Below are positions 15,541 to 17,291 of a stretch of DNA of 17,291 bases, one piece after another. This stretch comes from Candidatus Methylomirabilota bacterium. Its GTDB lineage: Bacteria > Methylomirabilota > Methylomirabilia > Rokubacteriales > CSP1-6. The notes under the pieces were generated by a model that did no database searches, had not been told where the DNA came from, and saw nothing but the letters and a program-made list of their open reading frames with translations. Made by a program: the position numbers and the translations under genes. The DNA lies in contig JBKPAK010000053.1 in assembly GCA_046726415.1 (NCBI GenBank), positions 1 through 17,291 on the forward strand. The letters run 5' to 3'. How positions within the stretch are numbered: the first letter of the stretch is position 1; each line of letters begins with the position of its first letter.

Positions 15541-15573
15541 AGGCAACCATACTACCGTACCTGACCATACCAA
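15536..15573 (-). promoter_or_regulatory. vapBC promoter/operator with four heptad direct repeats, leaderless
   Basis: ACCATAG 15536-42, ACCATAC 15546-52, ACCGTAC 15554-60 and ACCATAC 15564-70. Minus strand TTGGTA, 16 bp spacer, TATGGT, with the ATG 5 nt later and no SD. Confidence 0.65.
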
Positions 15574-15764
15574 CTTCGCTGAACTGCTCCCGGGGCGTGG
15601 AAGCGGACCAGGAGCTCGAAGGGCCCGCGAGGTCTCGACCGCGCGCCAAGAGCACTTGACGCCGCTCCTCTTTCGGTCGACTCTCGGGCGCATTGAGCGA
15701 CTCGCGTAGCCTCCTGATCGAGCGCCGCCCGCGCGGGGCGGCCGGGGATGAGCCGGAGGGAATC

Positions 15765-17291
15765 ATGGACTCACAGGGGAGATCCTGGCTGCTACCGTCC
15801 CATCGAAACCTGGCCGTCATGCTCGTAGCCGCTCTCTTGACCCTGGGGGTAGCCCAGGCGGCAGTCGCGCAGACGCCGCCGGGAGAGGCCATCGCCGCCT
15901 GGCACGTCACCATCGCCCCGAGCTGGTTCGACCCGTCGACGGCCCCGCCTCAGGTCACCCCCTTCGGGCTGCTCTATGCCATGCACGACGCGTTGCTCCG
16001 CCCTCTCCCTGGGCAGAAGATGGGCAACAGCTTGGCGGAGTCGTGGAAAGAGAGCCCGGACGGGCTCACCTACGAGTTCAAGCTGCGCCGTGGGCTCAAG
16101 TTCCACAACGGTGACCCCCTCACCGCCGAGGACGTGAAGTTCAGCTTCGAGCGCTACAAGGGGGCGGGGGCCAAGGCCTTCCAGGAGCGGGTCCGCGAGG
16201 TGGAGATCGTCGATCCCCTGACCGTGCGCTTCCACCTCAAAGAGCCCTGGCCGGACTTCCTGACCTTCTACGGAACCTCGGCCACGGCCGCCGGCATCGT
16301 CGTGCCCAAGAAGTACCTGACGCAGGTGGGGGACGACGGCTTCAAGAAGCATCCGATCGGCGTCGGTCCCTACAAGTTCGTGAGCCACAAGCCCGGCGTC
16401 GAGGTGGTGCTGGAAGCCTATCCCGGATACTGGCGGCACGCGCCCCACGTCAAGCGGCTCACCATGAAGAGCGTCCCCGAAGGCACGACGCGCGTGGCGA
16501 TGCTGAAGAACGGCGAGGCGGACATCGGCTTTGCCCTCGACGGGGAAGACGCCGCAAACGTGAAGCGGGATGCGCGCCTGCAGCTCGTGGCCTCGCGGCA
16601 CGCGTCCATCTTCTGGATCGAGTTCGCCGACCAGTGGGACCCCAAGTCCCCGTGGGCCGACAAGCGGATGCGGCAGGCCGTCAACTACGCGCTGGATCGC
16701 AAGGCGCTCAACGAGTCCGCCTGCCTGGGCTACTGCCCGCCTGCCGGGGTCATCGTGCCGCGCGTCATGGACTTCGCCCTGCAGGTCGAGCCGCCGGCCT
16801 ACGACCCGCAGAAGGCGAAGCAGCTGCTCGCCGAGGCCGGCTATCCCAACGGCCTCGATGCTGGAGAGTTCGTGCCGATTCCCCCGTTTTTCCCGGTATC
16901 GGAAGGCGCGGTGAACTATCTGGGCGCGGTGGGGGTCCGGGTGAAGATGCGGACAGTGGAGCGCGCCGCCTTCTACGCCGCCTGGCGCGAGAAGAAGCTA
17001 CGTGGATTGTTTCTCACCGCCGTGGGGAACTCGGGCAACGCGGCCAGCCGCGTGGCGGAGTTCATCTACTCGAAGGGGGCGTATGCCTACGGAGGCTATC
17101 CCGACATCGACGACCTGTTCCACCAACAGGCGCGGGAGCGAGATCCGCGGAAGCGCGAAGCCGTGCTGTTCAAGATCCAGCAGCTCACCATCGACCGGGC
17201 GATGTTCGCGCCGATCATGGACCTGCGCGCCCTGATGGGCGTCGGGCCCCGGGTGGCCGACCACACGATCAACTCACTTGCACTGGTGCCG
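15765..17291 (+). CDS. ABC transporter substrate-binding protein, family 5 (DppA/OppA/NikA-like), 3'-truncated by the window edge
   Basis: SD GGAGGG and ATG at 15765. Signal-like LAVMLVAALLTLGVAQAAVA. LAESWKESPDGLTYEFKLRRGLKFHNGDPLTAEDVKFSFERY is the family-5 signature; also PIGVGPYKF and AKQLLAEAGYPNG. It is absent from the ORF track, consistent with no stop before the edge. Confidence 0.92.
   Translation, partial: MDSQGRSWLLPSHRNLAVMLVAALLTLGVAQAAVAQTPPGEAIAAWHVTIAPSWFDPSTAPPQVTPFGLLYAMHDALLRPLPGQKMGNSLAESWKESPDGLTYEFKLRRGLKFHNGDPLTAEDVKFSFERYKGAGAKAFQERVREVEIVDPLTVRFHLKEPWPDFLTFYGTSATAAGIVVPKKYLTQVGDDGFKKHPIGVGPYKFVSHKPGVEVVLEAYPGYWRHAPHVKRLTMKSVPEGTTRVAMLKNGEADIGFALDGEDAANVKRDARLQLVASRHASIFWIEFADQWDPKSPWADKRMRQAVNYALDRKALNESACLGYCPPAGVIVPRVMDFALQVEPPAYDPQKAKQLLAEAGYPNGLDAGEFVPIPPFFPVSEGAVNYLGAVGVRVKMRTVERAAFYAAWREKKLRGLFLTAVGNSGNAASRVAEFIYSKGAYAYGGYPDIDDLFHQQARERDPRKREAVLFKIQQLTIDRAMFAPIMDLRALMGVGPRVADHTINSLALVP

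Noticed and set aside
15656-15712. Promoter for the SBP gene (TTGACG at 15656, TAGCCT near 15707)
   Set aside because: The two elements are not at a compatible spacing, and the hexamer 17 bp from TTGACG (GACTCT) is a weak -10.

Overview
High-GC bacterial chromosomal segment with no rRNA, intact tRNA, CRISPR array, transposase or integrase. The gene set and the SBP/amidohydrolase sequence style resemble Rokubacteria/Methylomirabilota-like soil bacteria, which is an inference only. Left to right: a GC-rich palindromic tandem repeat; an amidohydrolase (-); ThDP-dependent E1-alpha, E1-beta, a tandem NIPSNAP protein and a second orphan E1-alpha (+), with no E2/E3 in the window; a UbiD-family decarboxylase (-); a short lactonase-like gene relic; VapBC and MNT-HEPN toxin-antitoxin modules; a Frc-like CoA-transferase (-) divergent from a TfdA/TauD dioxygenase (+); an unannotated 20-aa Lys-rich ORF directly before a Uup-like ABC-F ATPase; a secreted MBL-fold protein (-); a second VapBC (-); and a family-5 ABC substrate-binding protein running off the right edge. 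The most notable signals are: (1) the poly-Lys micro-ORF coupled to the ABC-F gene; (2) a UbiD whose three Mn-binding positions appear replaced by Gly/Arg/Lys; (3) a divergent E2-less ThDP enzyme with NIPSNAP; (4) three TA operons that all appear leaderless, two with direct-repeat operators; (5) a REP-like palindrome family following stop codons.
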